A stretch of DNA of 61,199 nt, filler included. It is 4 parts of 4 records of this genome, joined end to end, with 100 filler letters (N's around TTAATTAATTAA, not from the genome) between each part and the next. Parts side by side here need not be neighbours in the genome. Positions count along the whole stretch, not along the records: positions 1 to 28,968 come from SRR20825006_2753; 3 more parts are not named here. One strand, given 5' to 3'. Numbering within the stretch: the first letter of the stretch is position 1; every line of letters starts with the position of its first letter. The translations under genes and the position numbers were made by a program. Positions 7,727-17,351 of the stretch are shown one piece after another. Under the pieces are notes generated by a model that worked only from the letters and a program-made list of their open reading frames with translations, was not told the origin of the DNA and ran no database searches.

Positions 7727-9184
7727 AGGATCGGTGTCCGGTGTTTCCGTCACGCGTGACGGCGGCAGAAGGAACGATACGGCCGAACCTCCTGCTGGCG
7801 GATTCGTGATTTCGAGTGTGCCGCCATGCATTTCCGCCAGGATTTTGCAGATAGGCAGGCTGAGCCCGGTACCGTGGAACCGGCGTTCATCAAGCTCATG
7901 GGACACGGCAAGGGGAATGAGCAGACGCTCGATTTCCGCTTCGGGAATCGTGTTGCCGCTATCGTGTACCGTGAAGGACGCGGTGCCTCCCGGGGAGACG
8001 GCGAAGGTCAACTCCACCCGTCCGTCTTCGGGGGTGTGGCTGAGTGCGTTCTCCAGCAGCTTGGAGAGCAGCGTGCCGGTCAGTTGTGCATCGAGATTGA
8101 GCACATAGCCGGGCGTCGGATGATTGACTATCAGACGAACGCCCTTGTTGCGCGACAGGGACGCAGCGGTATCTTCCGCGCGCCGCAAAATCATCTCGAC
8201 CTTGACCGGGGCAAAAACAGGTTCGACTTCGCCGCCTTCCAGCCGGGTCAGGTCCAGAACGTTCTCGATCAGATACAGCAGATGCCGCGCCGCCTGGTTG
8301 ATGTTACCGGCATAGCTGAGATAGCGGTGGATCGTATCCGGGCCGAACCGCTGGCTGCTGACAATCTCCGAAAATCCCACGATTGAGTTCAAAGGGGTAC
8401 GGAGTTCTTCGATCACGCGACCGACGAAATCTGATTTGGACTGGTGCGCGCGTTCGGCCTTGAGGCGCAGCCGGGTCAAATCGCTTTCCGTTTTCGTCTG
8501 CCGCAATTGCAGGGAATTATAGGCGGAAACAACCTGACCGATCTGATCCCTGCTATCCCAGTCGATCGGAATACGCGCGCCACTCTCCCGCTGGATGCGG
8601 ATGGCTGTCAGCATCTTGTCGAGCGGTTGGCTTACCGTTGTCCGTAATACGAGATGCGCGGCGACGGAAGCCGCGGCAAGCAGGGCGGCGCCAAGCAGGG
8701 TGATGCAGAACAGGGTATATGTCAGCCGTTCTATGGCCGGCTCTTCACTCATGCTGATGATGAGGGTGCCGACCCTGTTGTAGCTGTTTTCACCTATATG
8801 GTTGATGGCGACAGTGCGGGTCAGGGAGCCCTTGGGATCAGGCATCTGGCCATACTGGTTCAGCGGGGCGCCAGTATTGTCGAGCACCGCGATGGTGGCG
8901 ACATCCCGGTCTGCAATGGTCTGTGCGACAAGCAGCCCGATCCGGTCGTTCCGGCCTTCCGCGACGGCTTCGCCCATCAGCAGGGATTGCCGGGAAATCA
9001 GGGTGTCGAGCTTGGACTCGAGGCTGCTGAGTGCTTCCCGGTAAGCGACCGTGCCGTAGATGGAAATCAGGATTGTGAAAATCACCAGGATGATCGGCAC
9101 AAAGCGCGTGAGATAGCGCGCACTGATCGATGTCAGGCGAACGCTTTCCAGAGTACGGTGCTGATGGGAGGGCGGATTACTCAT
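7646..9184 (-). CDS. Membrane sensor histidine-kinase-like protein lacking the phosphoacceptor His (pseudokinase)
   Basis: 2 TM + periplasmic domain + HAMP + DHp + HATPase. The H-box reads VIEELRTPLNSIVGFSE and the N/G1/G2 boxes are degenerate. Confidence 0.85.
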   Translation of the reverse strand: MSNPPSHQHRTLESVRLTSISARYLTRFVPIILVIFTILISIYGTVAYREALSSLESKLDTLISRQSLLMGEAVAEGRNDRIGLLVAQTIADRDVATIAVLDNTGAPLNQYGQMPDPKGSLTRTVAINHIGENSYNRVGTLIISMSEEPAIERLTYTLFCITLLGAALLAAASVAAHLVLRTTVSQPLDKMLTAIRIQRESGARIPIDWDSRDQIGQVVSAYNSLQLRQTKTESDLTRLRLKAERAHQSKSDFVGRVIEELRTPLNSIVGFSEIVSSQRFGPDTIHRYLSYAGNINQAARHLLYLIENVLDLTRLEGGEVEPVFAPVKVEMILRRAEDTAASLSRNKGVRLIVNHPTPGYVLNLDAQLTGTLLSKLLENALSHTPEDGRVELTFAVSPGGTASFTVHDSGNTIPEAEIERLLIPLAVSHELDERRFHGTGLSLPICKILAEMHGGTLEITNPPAGGSAVSFLLPPSRVTETPDTDPSAGDDIKSGADHRASRASVQHLHRPA

Positions 9185-9686
9185 TCAGGGCTGCCGCCGG
9201 GATCGGCTTGATGACGGGCCATGTGCGGTCGGCAATCGCGATGTTCTTGTCCAGCTCCGATTTCCACAAGGTCTGTGTGGCCCTGTCCAGCTGCAGATAG
9301 AGTTTGCCCTCGACGACCATGAAGACTTCCGGATCACCGTCGAACTTCTGGCCAACGGCAACGCCGTAAGCACAAAAACCGCCATAGTTAGCCTCATAGA
9401 GCCGCGGCTCCTGAAGAAATTCCTCGCGATGGGCCTCGCTGGCGAAATAGTAGGTGGCACCGCCATGCTCGGCAGAAATACCGGATTTTCCGCGCTCCGC
9501 CTGATTGTTCGAAAAATAGGACACGGGATCGTAACCGCGCAAAGCGAGGCCGTTATCGTCCAGGTTTTGATCGGGAGAGGCGCCGAACGCCTGTGCGCAA
9601 CAGAACAGGGCCGCGAAGACAAATGCGGCTATGAACGGCGCAATTCGAGGGTTTCGGCGGGTTATGCTCTGGCTTCGATACATCAT
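9177..9686 (-). CDS. Secreted YHS-domain protein
   Basis: Signal peptide, then GYDPVSYF, YYFAS, F...P..Y..NYGGFCAYGVA, GKLYL and IAIADRTWP. The start codon is uncertain. Confidence 0.85.
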   Translation of the reverse strand: MMYRSQSITRRNPRIAPFIAAFVFAALFCCAQAFGASPDQNLDDNGLALRGYDPVSYFSNNQAERGKSGISAEHGGATYYFASEAHREEFLQEPRLYEANYGGFCAYGVAVGQKFDGDPEVFMVVEGKLYLQLDRATQTLWKSELDKNIAIADRTWPVIKPIPAAALNE

Positions 9687-9874
9687 TGGGGCTCGCGAAT
9701 TATTATCAAAATCAGTATCCGGAAAATGTCTTACCAATTCCTAAACATTTGTTCCGTCTCCGGGTTACGGAACAGGATTTGTTCCGACACGGCGGCTGGT
9801 ACGTGTCGTCGAATTGGCTAGGATGCCCTCGAAATGCTAATGCGTCGTAAATGACACTCAACAGGAGCAAAAAA

Positions 9875-10813
9875 ATGGCAAGGCCGACACGGGTGGAAAT
9901 TACTGAGGTCGGACCGCGGGACGGGCTTCAGGCAGAGCCGAAATTTGTTCCGACGGAACTGAAGATCAAGCTGATCAACGATCTGGTGGATGCCGGCGTC
10001 AAGCGCATGGAGTTTTCTTCCTTCGTCTCGCCGCGCGCCGTGCCGCAGCTGGCGGACGTGCTTGATGTCCTGAATGGCGTCGACCGGTCCAAGGGCGCTG
10101 TGATGGCCGCTCTGGTGCCGAACGTGAAGGGTGCGATCCGTGCCGCCGAGGCCGGTGTCGACGAGATGATCGTCTTCGTCTCCGCCTCAGAGAGCCACAA
10201 TAAGAAGAACGTGAACCGGACGGTTGACGAGTCGCTAGCCGGTTTCGCACAGGTGGCCAAGATCGCCGAGGAAGCGAAGATCCCGGTCTCCGCCGCGATT
10301 GCGACCTCTTTCGGATGTCCGTTCGAGGGGAACGTCCCGGCCGAACGGCTTGGCTATGTGGCCAAGCATTTCGTCGATTTCGGCTTCAAGAGCGTTGCGC
10401 TCGGCGATACCACCGGTATGGCGACACCTCCTTTGGTGACCCGCAACGTGCGTTATCTGAAAGAGCATGTGCCGAGCCTGCCGATCCACCTGCATTTCCA
10501 CAACACGCGCGGCATTGGTCTGGTGAATGTGGTTGCCGGTCTTGATGAGGGTGTCACCCATTTCGACAGCTCCTTTGGCGGCGCTGGTGGGTGCCCGTTC
10601 GCACCGAAGGCGACCGGAAACATCTGTACCGAAGATCTGGTCTATCTGATGAACGAGATGGGGATCGAAACCGGTATCGATCTCGGCAAGCTGATGAAGA
10701 TCGCCAGCATTGTGGAAGAAGCGCTGGAGCATCCGCTGCCGGGGCAGGTGATGAAGGCCGGGCCGAGGCTCGACCTGCATGACATGGGGGATGTGCAGAC
10801 GGCGGTGGGCTGA
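9875..10813 (+). CDS. Hydroxymethylglutaryl-CoA lyase family
   Basis: EVGPRDGLQ, LGDTTG, HFHNTRG and GGCPFAP.ATGN..TEDL motifs. AGGAG RBS. Confidence 0.92.
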   Translation: MARPTRVEITEVGPRDGLQAEPKFVPTELKIKLINDLVDAGVKRMEFSSFVSPRAVPQLADVLDVLNGVDRSKGAVMAALVPNVKGAIRAAEAGVDEMIVFVSASESHNKKNVNRTVDESLAGFAQVAKIAEEAKIPVSAAIATSFGCPFEGNVPAERLGYVAKHFVDFGFKSVALGDTTGMATPPLVTRNVRYLKEHVPSLPIHLHFHNTRGIGLVNVVAGLDEGVTHFDSSFGGAGGCPFAPKATGNICTEDLVYLMNEMGIETGIDLGKLMKIASIVEEALEHPLPGQVMKAGPRLDLHDMGDVQTAVG

Positions 10814-10817
10814 TCCC

Positions 10818-11969
10818 ATGCCGCTTTCCGACATCAGGGTTATCGATCTGACGCGCATTCTTGCCGGGCCGTTCTGCACGCAGATGCTGGCGGATATGGG
10901 CGCGGACGTTATCAAGGTCGAACCGCCCGCAGGCGATCCGGTGCGCGGTCAGGGGATAGTCCGCAACGGGGTGAGCTGGTATTTCGCCCAGTTCAACCGG
11001 AACAAAAAGTCCGTGGTTCTCGATCTCTATAAGGACGAGGGGAAAGAGACCCTCGCCCGGCTGATCGAGGGCGCTGACGTGCTGGTGGAAAATTACCGGC
11101 CGGGTGTGCTGGACAAGATGGGGTTCGATCAGGCGCGTCTCGATGCGCTGAACCCCGATCTGGTCGTCACCAGCGTCAATGGCTACGGCTCCACGGGACC
11201 TTATGTCGACCGGCCGTCCTTTGACTTCATCGCCCAGGCCATGAGCGGGTTCATGAGTGTGAACGGCGCGGATGGCGGCGATCCTATGCGGGCCGCACCG
11301 CCGATGAGCGACCTGATCGCGGGCCTCTATGCCGCGTTCGGCACGCTTGCCGCACTGCATGCCCGGAAGAGGATCGGCAAGGGACAGCGGGTGGAATCCT
11401 CCCTTACCGGCGGTCTGATCAGCATGCTGGGGTATCTCTCGGCGGAATATTTCGCCACCGGGGAAGTGCCGAAGCGAACCGGAAACGATCATCCGATCGT
11501 TGCCCCCTACGGCCTGTTCACCGCGTCCGATGGCCAGGTCGCCGTGGCCCCGTCGAACGATGCGTTCGTCGTCCGGTTTCTTGAGTGCATCGGGCTCGGA
11601 AACTTGCTGGAGCAGCCGGATTACGCGACGAACGAGCGCCGGGTGCGGAACCGTCCAGCCCTGAACGAGCATATCAATGCGCGGATGTCGGAAGAGCCGG
11701 TTGATCACTGGATCGAGGCGATCAACAAGGCTGGCTGTCCGTGCGGCCGGGTGATGGACCTGCAGGAGGTGTTCACCGACCCGCAGGTGCTGGCACAGGA
11801 TCTGGTCTTGGATGTGCCGCAGCCGGATGGTACGACCATCCGCATGACCGGGTTCCCGGTCAAACTCTCGGACACACCGGCACAGCTACGTCATCCTGTC
11901 CCGTCTCTTGGCGGGGATACGGATCAGGTGCTGGCGTCGCTGAGACCATCGGTCAAGAAAACAGGATAA
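10818..11969 (+). CDS. CaiB/BaiF (family III) CoA-transferase
   Basis: LAGPFC..LAD.GADVIKVE, NRNKKS, ENYRPG and catalytic-Asp region MSDLIAG. Confidence 0.92.
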   Translation: MPLSDIRVIDLTRILAGPFCTQMLADMGADVIKVEPPAGDPVRGQGIVRNGVSWYFAQFNRNKKSVVLDLYKDEGKETLARLIEGADVLVENYRPGVLDKMGFDQARLDALNPDLVVTSVNGYGSTGPYVDRPSFDFIAQAMSGFMSVNGADGGDPMRAAPPMSDLIAGLYAAFGTLAALHARKRIGKGQRVESSLTGGLISMLGYLSAEYFATGEVPKRTGNDHPIVAPYGLFTASDGQVAVAPSNDAFVVRFLECIGLGNLLEQPDYATNERRVRNRPALNEHINARMSEEPVDHWIEAINKAGCPCGRVMDLQEVFTDPQVLAQDLVLDVPQPDGTTIRMTGFPVKLSDTPAQLRHPVPSLGGDTDQVLASLRPSVKKTG

Positions 11970-11976
11970 ATCAGGC

Positions 11977-12939
11977 ATGAGTGATCGTAAGGGGCTGTTC
12001 AATACGTCGGCCTATGGCGGGCCGGGCTGGTCCGGGCGGGAACGTACCCATCGCGAGGAGATCGGCGATCTCTGGGCGCCGTCGGGTATCGATACAGAAT
12101 GGGCACCGCTGAAAAGCGTGATCATGCATCGCCCGGGTGCCGAGCTGGATATTTCCCACAACGATCCGGACGCCGTGCAGATGCTGGCGCCGGTGGACCT
12201 CGGCCTGGCCCGTGCCCAGCATGACGGGATCGCGGAGGCCTACCGGGCGCAGGGCGTCGAGGTGCATTACGTCGACCCGCCTGCAACCCCGACGCCGAAC
12301 CAGATGTTCTGTGCCGATCTGTTCGTGATGACACCGGAAGGCGCCATTCTGGCCCGCCCGGCATCGACGGTGCGGGCAGGCGAGGAGCGTCTGATCGCGC
12401 GGCGGTTGGCCGATATGGGCGTGCCGATTCTGCGGACCCTGCGCGGCATGGCTCTGTTCGAGGGCGCGGATGCGATGTGGCTTGATCCGGAGACGGTGAT
12501 GGTTGGCATGGGGCAGCGCACCAATGCCGAGGCCGTGGCCCAGATCGACGAGGCTCTGATCGAGATGGGCGTCGAAGTGCTGCCGGTCGACATGCCGTTT
12601 GGCTGCATGCATTTCATGGGGCTGCTGCGGATCGTCGACAAGGATCTTGCCGTTTGCTGGTGGCGCCGCACGCCGCATGCCACGGTGCGGGCTCTGGAAG
12701 AGCGCGGCTATGAGATCGTCTGGCTGCCGGAAGGCCCGGATCTTGAGCTGAACCGGGCGATGAACATCGTCACCCTGGCACCGCGCAAGATCCTGATGTG
12801 TGCCGGATATGACAGCGTGCAGAAGACTTATGAAGATGCCGGGATCGAATGCGTGACGGTGGATTGCTCGGAACTGGTGAAAGCCGCCGGGGCCATGGGC
12901 TGTCTCACCGGCGTGGTTCACCGCGAGGCGGTTTCCTGA
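11977..12939 (+). CDS. Amidinotransferase/DDAH/arginine deiminase (pentein) family protein
   Basis: EW..LK.V..H.PG.E, NQMF..D, R.GE, FEG.D, catalytic H (MHFM) and C-terminal catalytic C (GAMGCLT). Confidence 0.8.
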   Translation: MSDRKGLFNTSAYGGPGWSGRERTHREEIGDLWAPSGIDTEWAPLKSVIMHRPGAELDISHNDPDAVQMLAPVDLGLARAQHDGIAEAYRAQGVEVHYVDPPATPTPNQMFCADLFVMTPEGAILARPASTVRAGEERLIARRLADMGVPILRTLRGMALFEGADAMWLDPETVMVGMGQRTNAEAVAQIDEALIEMGVEVLPVDMPFGCMHFMGLLRIVDKDLAVCWWRRTPHATVRALEERGYEIVWLPEGPDLELNRAMNIVTLAPRKILMCAGYDSVQKTYEDAGIECVTVDCSELVKAAGAMGCLTGVVHREAVS

Positions 12940-12965
12940 CGCTTTAACGGCAAAGGCCGCGTTGC

Positions 12966-13190
12966 TCAGAAGTCGGTGACGCGGCCTTTATGTTCCCAAT
13001 CGCCAAACCGGGTCGGCTCGGGCCCGTCATAGCCGCCGAACTCTTCGGACTCTAGCGGGCCTTTCGTCTCCGGCTTCAATTGAGGCGGTGTGACGAAGGT
13101 TCCCGCATCAACAGATTTCGGTGCCTTGTCCGGTGACGGTTTCGTGCCGCTGACGGTGACTTGCGTGAAAGTGCGTTTGCTCTCGCTCAT
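12966..13190 (-). CDS. DUF1674 / SDH assembly factor 4-like small protein
   Basis: C-terminal GG..GPEPTRFGDWE.KGR.TDF signature, divergent from htpX. Confidence 0.88.
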   Translation of the reverse strand: MSESKRTFTQVTVSGTKPSPDKAPKSVDAGTFVTPPQLKPETKGPLESEEFGGYDGPEPTRFGDWEHKGRVTDF

Positions 13191-13227
13191 GGAGCATATA
13201 TGCCCCTTCGGAAGCGCCGCGCCAAGT

Positions 13228-13256
13228 CTTGATACGCTCCCCGTGATGCCCATTTA
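13228..13256 (+). promoter_or_regulatory. RpoH (sigma32) promoter of htpX
   Basis: CTTG-N17-CCCATTTA upstream of a known heat-shock gene. Confidence 0.7.
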
Positions 13257-13307
13257 ACATTCGTTCCGGCTGCGTTGCCGGATAATGGAAATCTTCAAGA
13301 GGGATCG

Positions 13308-14171
13308 ATGGGCTACGCTCGTACCGCTTTGCTTCTGGCCGGAATGACGGCGCTGTTTCTCGGCGTCGGCTACATGCTTGGCGGCGAGGCGGGAATGATG
13401 ATCGCGCTGGTCTTCGCGGCCGGCATGAATCTCTTCACCTACTGGAATGCCGACAAGATGGTGCTCGGCATGTATGGCGCGCGGGAAATCAGCCGCGCCG
13501 ACCTGCCATGGTTCCATGACATGATCAAGCATCTAGCGGTCCGGGCGGAATTGCCGATGCCGAAGGTCTATCTGATCGAACAGGATCAGCCGAACGCCTT
13601 CGCTACCGGACGGAACCCGGAAAACGCGGCGGTGGCGGCAACACGCGGCCTGCTGCAGCGGATGAGCCATGAAGAAGTCGCTGGTGTGATGGCGCACGAG
13701 CTGGCGCACGTGAAGAACCGCGATACCCTGATCATGACCATCACGGCGACTATCGCCGGTGCCATCTCCATGCTGGCCAATTTCGCGCTGTTCTTCGGCA
13801 ACAACCGGAACAACCCGCTGGGCCTGATCGGCACGCTGGCGATGATGTTCCTGGCGCCGATGGCGGCGATGCTGGTGCAGATGGCGATCAGCCGCTCACG
13901 AGAATACGAGGCCGACCGGATCGGTGCGGAAATCTGTGGCCGTCCACTCTGGCTCGCTTCTGCCCTGGGCAAGCTGGAGAAGGGCGCGGCGGCAATCGAC
14001 AATCACGCCGCCGAACGCAACCCGGCGACCGCGCATATGTTTATCATCAATCCCCTGCATGCGAACGCGGTGGACAGCCTGTTCTCCACTCATCCGAACA
14101 CGCAGAACAGGATCGCGGCCCTGCAGCGGATGGCGGGGGCGGCAAATACCAGCAGAGGGCCGTGGGGCTGA
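13308..14171 (+). CDS. htpX: Zinc metalloprotease HtpX
   Basis: [26 protein letters not shown] and LFSTHP motifs. Confidence 0.96.
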   Translation: MGYARTALLLAGMTALFLGVGYMLGGEAGMMIALVFAAGMNLFTYWNADKMVLGMYGAREISRADLPWFHDMIKHLAVRAELPMPKVYLIEQDQPNAFATGRNPENAAVAATRGLLQRMSHEEVAGVMAHELAHVKNRDTLIMTITATIAGAISMLANFALFFGNNRNNPLGLIGTLAMMFLAPMAAMLVQMAISRSREYEADRIGAEICGRPLWLASALGKLEKGAAAIDNHAAERNPATAHMFIINPLHANAVDSLFSTHPNTQNRIAALQRMAGAANTSRGPWG

Positions 14172-14176
14172 ACCGC

Positions 14177-15523
14177 TTAAGCTGGTGTGTCGGTCATGTG
14201 ATCGGACAGCTCGTTCAGCAGGCGCATGACCTCCTGTGACGCTTCCCCGGCATCCCAGACCAGACGTATTGCCCCATCAAGATCGCCCGTCATAAAGGTT
14301 TCGGCGGCGGCGATGCCCGCGCGGTGGACTTCCTTGTGAGGCGCAATAAGGGCCGCCCATGCAGGATGGCCGGTCAGGCGTGGGTCTTTTTGTGAATCGT
14401 ACCACTTACCCAATCTGCAACTATGGTGATCCGCAAGCTCATCGGGTTTGAGGAACGCGCGCCCGGCGAGCATCTGGGCAAGCCGGCGCATCCAGATCAT
14501 ATGGTCCGACTTCGCCGCATGGATCGTTGCATTAGGGGTTCCGTCCTGCACGAATGCATCGATGCTGGTTGAGATGATCGGCGCGGTCCGTTCGAGCGAT
14601 GTAATGGCGCCGTCGATCAACGACACATTCTCCGCACTCATCCGGGCGATAACGCCGATGCCACCCGCAATTTCCTCGGTTGCGGATTGTTGTTCGATCA
14701 GAATGCCGGAAATCTCCTCCATGCGGTCCGTAACGGAGCTGATGCCGACAGCAAGGCGCTCCATTTCCGAGCCTGCGGTCTCGATGGACTGCCGTCCGGT
14801 TTCCACCGTTTCCGCGCCTGATTTCATGACGGTGACAATTGTGTCCATCTCCGACCGAAGATCGGTGATGCGTGAGCGGATATCGTCCGTGGCTTCGGCC
14901 GTCTGGTTGGCGAGGGTCTTGACCTCGCCCGCGACGACGGCAAATCCCTTGCCGGCTTCTCCGGCCCGGGCGGCCTCAATCGTGGCATTCAGGGCAAGCA
15001 GGTTGGTTTGTTTGGCGATCGCTTCGATGGTGGAGACGATCTGGCCGATCCGGTTCGAGGCTTCGGCCAGCGCGCCGACCTTGTCGACGGCGGAATGCAC
15101 GACCTCGAAAACCGCGCCCATGGCGGAAACCGCGTTCGATGCTGCCTGTTTCCCCGTATCGGAGACCGCGACAGCTTCCTGCGCTTCAGCAGCGGCGGAT
15201 TCGGAGGTTGCCGTGATGCTGCTCACGGTGGCCGAAAGCTCTTCGACGGCGGAAGCGATGGACTGGGTGCGGGAGTCGACCTCCCGGACGGAGCGGGTCA
15301 TTTCGGCAACCTGGCGCACGCTGTCATTCGCGGTCACCGACATCTCGACCCATTGCTTGAGCTGCCCTTCGGCATCTTGCGTGTGGTTCTGGAATGAGGC
15401 GAGGACTTCAGGCGTGCGGTCGCCAAGATAGGGCTCAAGCAAATTCGCGTTGCGGGTCAGCAGGGCGTCGATAAAGGAGTCCGGCAAGAGCCCGATGTCG
15501 TCGGATACAATGGTTTCGGTCAA
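14177..15523 (-). CDS. Soluble methyl-accepting chemotaxis protein with C-terminal CZB domain
   Basis: [31 protein letters not shown] tip, no TM segments, and CZB ligands [19 protein letters not shown] start chosen from an AAGGA RBS. Confidence 0.9.
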   Translation of the reverse strand: MTETIVSDDIGLLPDSFIDALLTRNANLLEPYLGDRTPEVLASFQNHTQDAEGQLKQWVEMSVTANDSVRQVAEMTRSVREVDSRTQSIASAVEELSATVSSITATSESAAAEAQEAVAVSDTGKQAASNAVSAMGAVFEVVHSAVDKVGALAEASNRIGQIVSTIEAIAKQTNLLALNATIEAARAGEAGKGFAVVAGEVKTLANQTAEATDDIRSRITDLRSEMDTIVTVMKSGAETVETGRQSIETAGSEMERLAVGISSVTDRMEEISGILIEQQSATEEIAGGIGVIARMSAENVSLIDGAITSLERTAPIISTSIDAFVQDGTPNATIHAAKSDHMIWMRRLAQMLAGRAFLKPDELADHHSCRLGKWYDSQKDPRLTGHPAWAALIAPHKEVHRAGIAAAETFMTGDLDGAIRLVWDAGEASQEVMRLLNELSDHMTDTPA

Positions 15524-15702
15524 AGCCTCGTCCTTTCCGCATTTCACAGTCCGGCACCAGCATCACCAATTTTGGTTAAGAAATATCAAACGTATCCGGA
15601 CCTTACCCGTTGGTGAGCATGCGGACGGTTACTTTACGGATGCATGGCGGCTCTGCTGCGAAAATGCTGGTCAGAAAACGGGGGCTGGGGTAAGCGACGG
15701 TC

Positions 15703-17001
15703 ATGGAAACAGAGCGAAAACAGGACGTCTCCGCAGCCCGGAGCGTCGCCTTTGATATTCTCCGTGCGGTGCTGACCAAGGGCACGCCGCTGGACGATGC
15801 GCTGGCCGTGCATGACGGCCTCAACATGCTGCCGCGCCGGGACCGGGGGTTCACCCGGACAATTGTCGGTATGACATTGCGCCGGCTTGGCCAGATCGAT
15901 GCGTTGATCGAAACCCTGATCGAGAAGCCTTTGCCGCGTCAGGCGGCGGTTGTGCATGACGTTCTCCGGCTTGCCGTGGCGGAGCTGCTGTTCCTCGATG
16001 TCGCGCCGCACGCGGCCGTCGACAGCGCGGTGACGCTGGTGGAAAGCCGGGGGCACCCGAAGTTCAAGGGACTCGTCAATGCTGTCCTGCGCCGGGTATC
16101 TCGCGAAGGCGCGGAGCGCCTGAAGGAATTCCCGGTCGAGATAAACTACCAGCCCTGGATGATTGAAAGCTGGCAGGCTTCCTTCGGTGTCGAGGTCGCG
16201 CATGCCATTGCCGAATATTCCCTGACCCAGCCGCCGCTTGATATTTCCGTCAGAAGCAATCCGGAAGCATGGGCGGAAAAGCTGGAAGCCACATTGCTGC
16301 CGACGGGAACGCTCCGCCGTGAGTTCGATGGCGCGATCACCGGCCTGCCGGGGTTTGACGCAGGCGGGTGGTGGGTGCAGGACGCTGCCGCCGCACTGCC
16401 GGCCAAACTGCTGGGCGATGTCAAAGACAAACGGGTCTTCGATCTGTGTGCGGCACCCGGCGGCAAGACGCTGCAGCTTGCTGCGATGGGCGCCAATGTG
16501 CTGGCGGTCGATCGCTCCTCCAAGCGCCTGAAGCGGCTGGAACGTAACCTGGACCGCATGGGGCTCCGTGCTGGTGTCGCCGTCGCCGATATCACCGGCT
16601 GGACAGCGCCCGACAGACCTGACGCCATCCTGCTCGACCCGCCCTGCACGGCGACCGGCACCATTCGCCGCCACCCCGATATCCTGCATGCCAAGGGTAT
16701 TGGTGACCTCAACAAGCTGACGACCCTGCAGGCGAAGCTGCTGGCCAAGGCGGCCGGTATGCTGCAGCCGGGCGGCCGTCTGGTTTACTGTACCTGCTCC
16801 CAGCAATCGGAAGAGGGCGAAGCACAGGTCGCCCGCGCACTGGCCGAGCTGCCGCTGGAACGCGATCCGGTGACGGTTGAAGAGCTGGGCGGGTTGGATA
16901 AATTGCTGACCCCGGATGGCGACGTCCGGACCGGGCCGCACCTTTATCCGGAGCTGGGCGGTTTCGACGGGTTCTTCGTCGCGCGTTTCCGGCGGGTCTA
17001 G
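15703..17001 (+). CDS. rsmB: 16S rRNA m5C methyltransferase RsmB/Sun (NusB-like N-domain)
   Basis: GLVNAVLR, VQD.AA, DLCAAPGGKT, LLDPPCTATG..RRHPD, YCTCS and DGFF motifs. Confidence 0.92.
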   Translation: METERKQDVSAARSVAFDILRAVLTKGTPLDDALAVHDGLNMLPRRDRGFTRTIVGMTLRRLGQIDALIETLIEKPLPRQAAVVHDVLRLAVAELLFLDVAPHAAVDSAVTLVESRGHPKFKGLVNAVLRRVSREGAERLKEFPVEINYQPWMIESWQASFGVEVAHAIAEYSLTQPPLDISVRSNPEAWAEKLEATLLPTGTLRREFDGAITGLPGFDAGGWWVQDAAAALPAKLLGDVKDKRVFDLCAAPGGKTLQLAAMGANVLAVDRSSKRLKRLERNLDRMGLRAGVAVADITGWTAPDRPDAILLDPPCTATGTIRRHPDILHAKGIGDLNKLTTLQAKLLAKAAGMLQPGGRLVYCTCSQQSEEGEAQVARALAELPLERDPVTVEELGGLDKLLTPDGDVRTGPHLYPELGGFDGFFVARFRRV

Positions 17002-17025
17002 AGAACAACAAGCCGGTGGGTAATT

Positions 17026-17346
17026 TTACATGGGAACGAACGGCACGCGCTGACGGTGCGCCGCCAGCGCAACCAATTCGTCCACGACGCTGAGAAAATG
17101 CGGCGCGTTGTTGTGCGCTTCCCAGCCGGCTTCATCTACGTAAAGCTCATAGACAAAAAATGACAGTGGGTCGGTCGGCGAGCGGTAGGGCATGAAAAAT
17201 TTCACGCCTTCTTCCGCCATCGTCGGCTCGATCAGCCCTTGCAAAATATTGGCAACAGCATCGCCCTTTCCCTCTTTGGCCACGATGTTGATGGCGACAA
17301 CAAATCCCTCATTAAGATTTGCGGCTGCGGAATCGGTGTAAGCCAT
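17026..17346 (-). CDS. ABM-family (putative quinol monooxygenase-like) protein
   Basis: T.AEEG...F, FFVYELY.DE....AH...PHF pattern, 106 aa. Confidence 0.8.
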   Translation of the reverse strand: MAYTDSAAANLNEGFVVAINIVAKEGKGDAVANILQGLIEPTMAEEGVKFFMPYRSPTDPLSFFVYELYVDEAGWEAHNNAPHFLSVVDELVALAAHRQRVPFVPM

Positions 17347-17351
17347 CAGGC

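Noticed and set aside
9177-9686. Selenocysteine recoding in the YHS protein
   Set aside because: The relevant codon is TGT (Cys) and there is no in-frame TGA.
10554-11708. Long antisense or overlapping ORFs (also 15634-16941, 11971-12921, 14448-15431, 20565-21566, 31233-32144, 48916-49902)
   Set aside because: Shadow frames of well-supported GC-rich genes, with no recognisable motifs.
15575-15590. Possible CtrA box upstream of the chemoreceptor (GTTAA-N7-CAAA)
   Set aside because: Only one good half-site, with two mismatches in the second.
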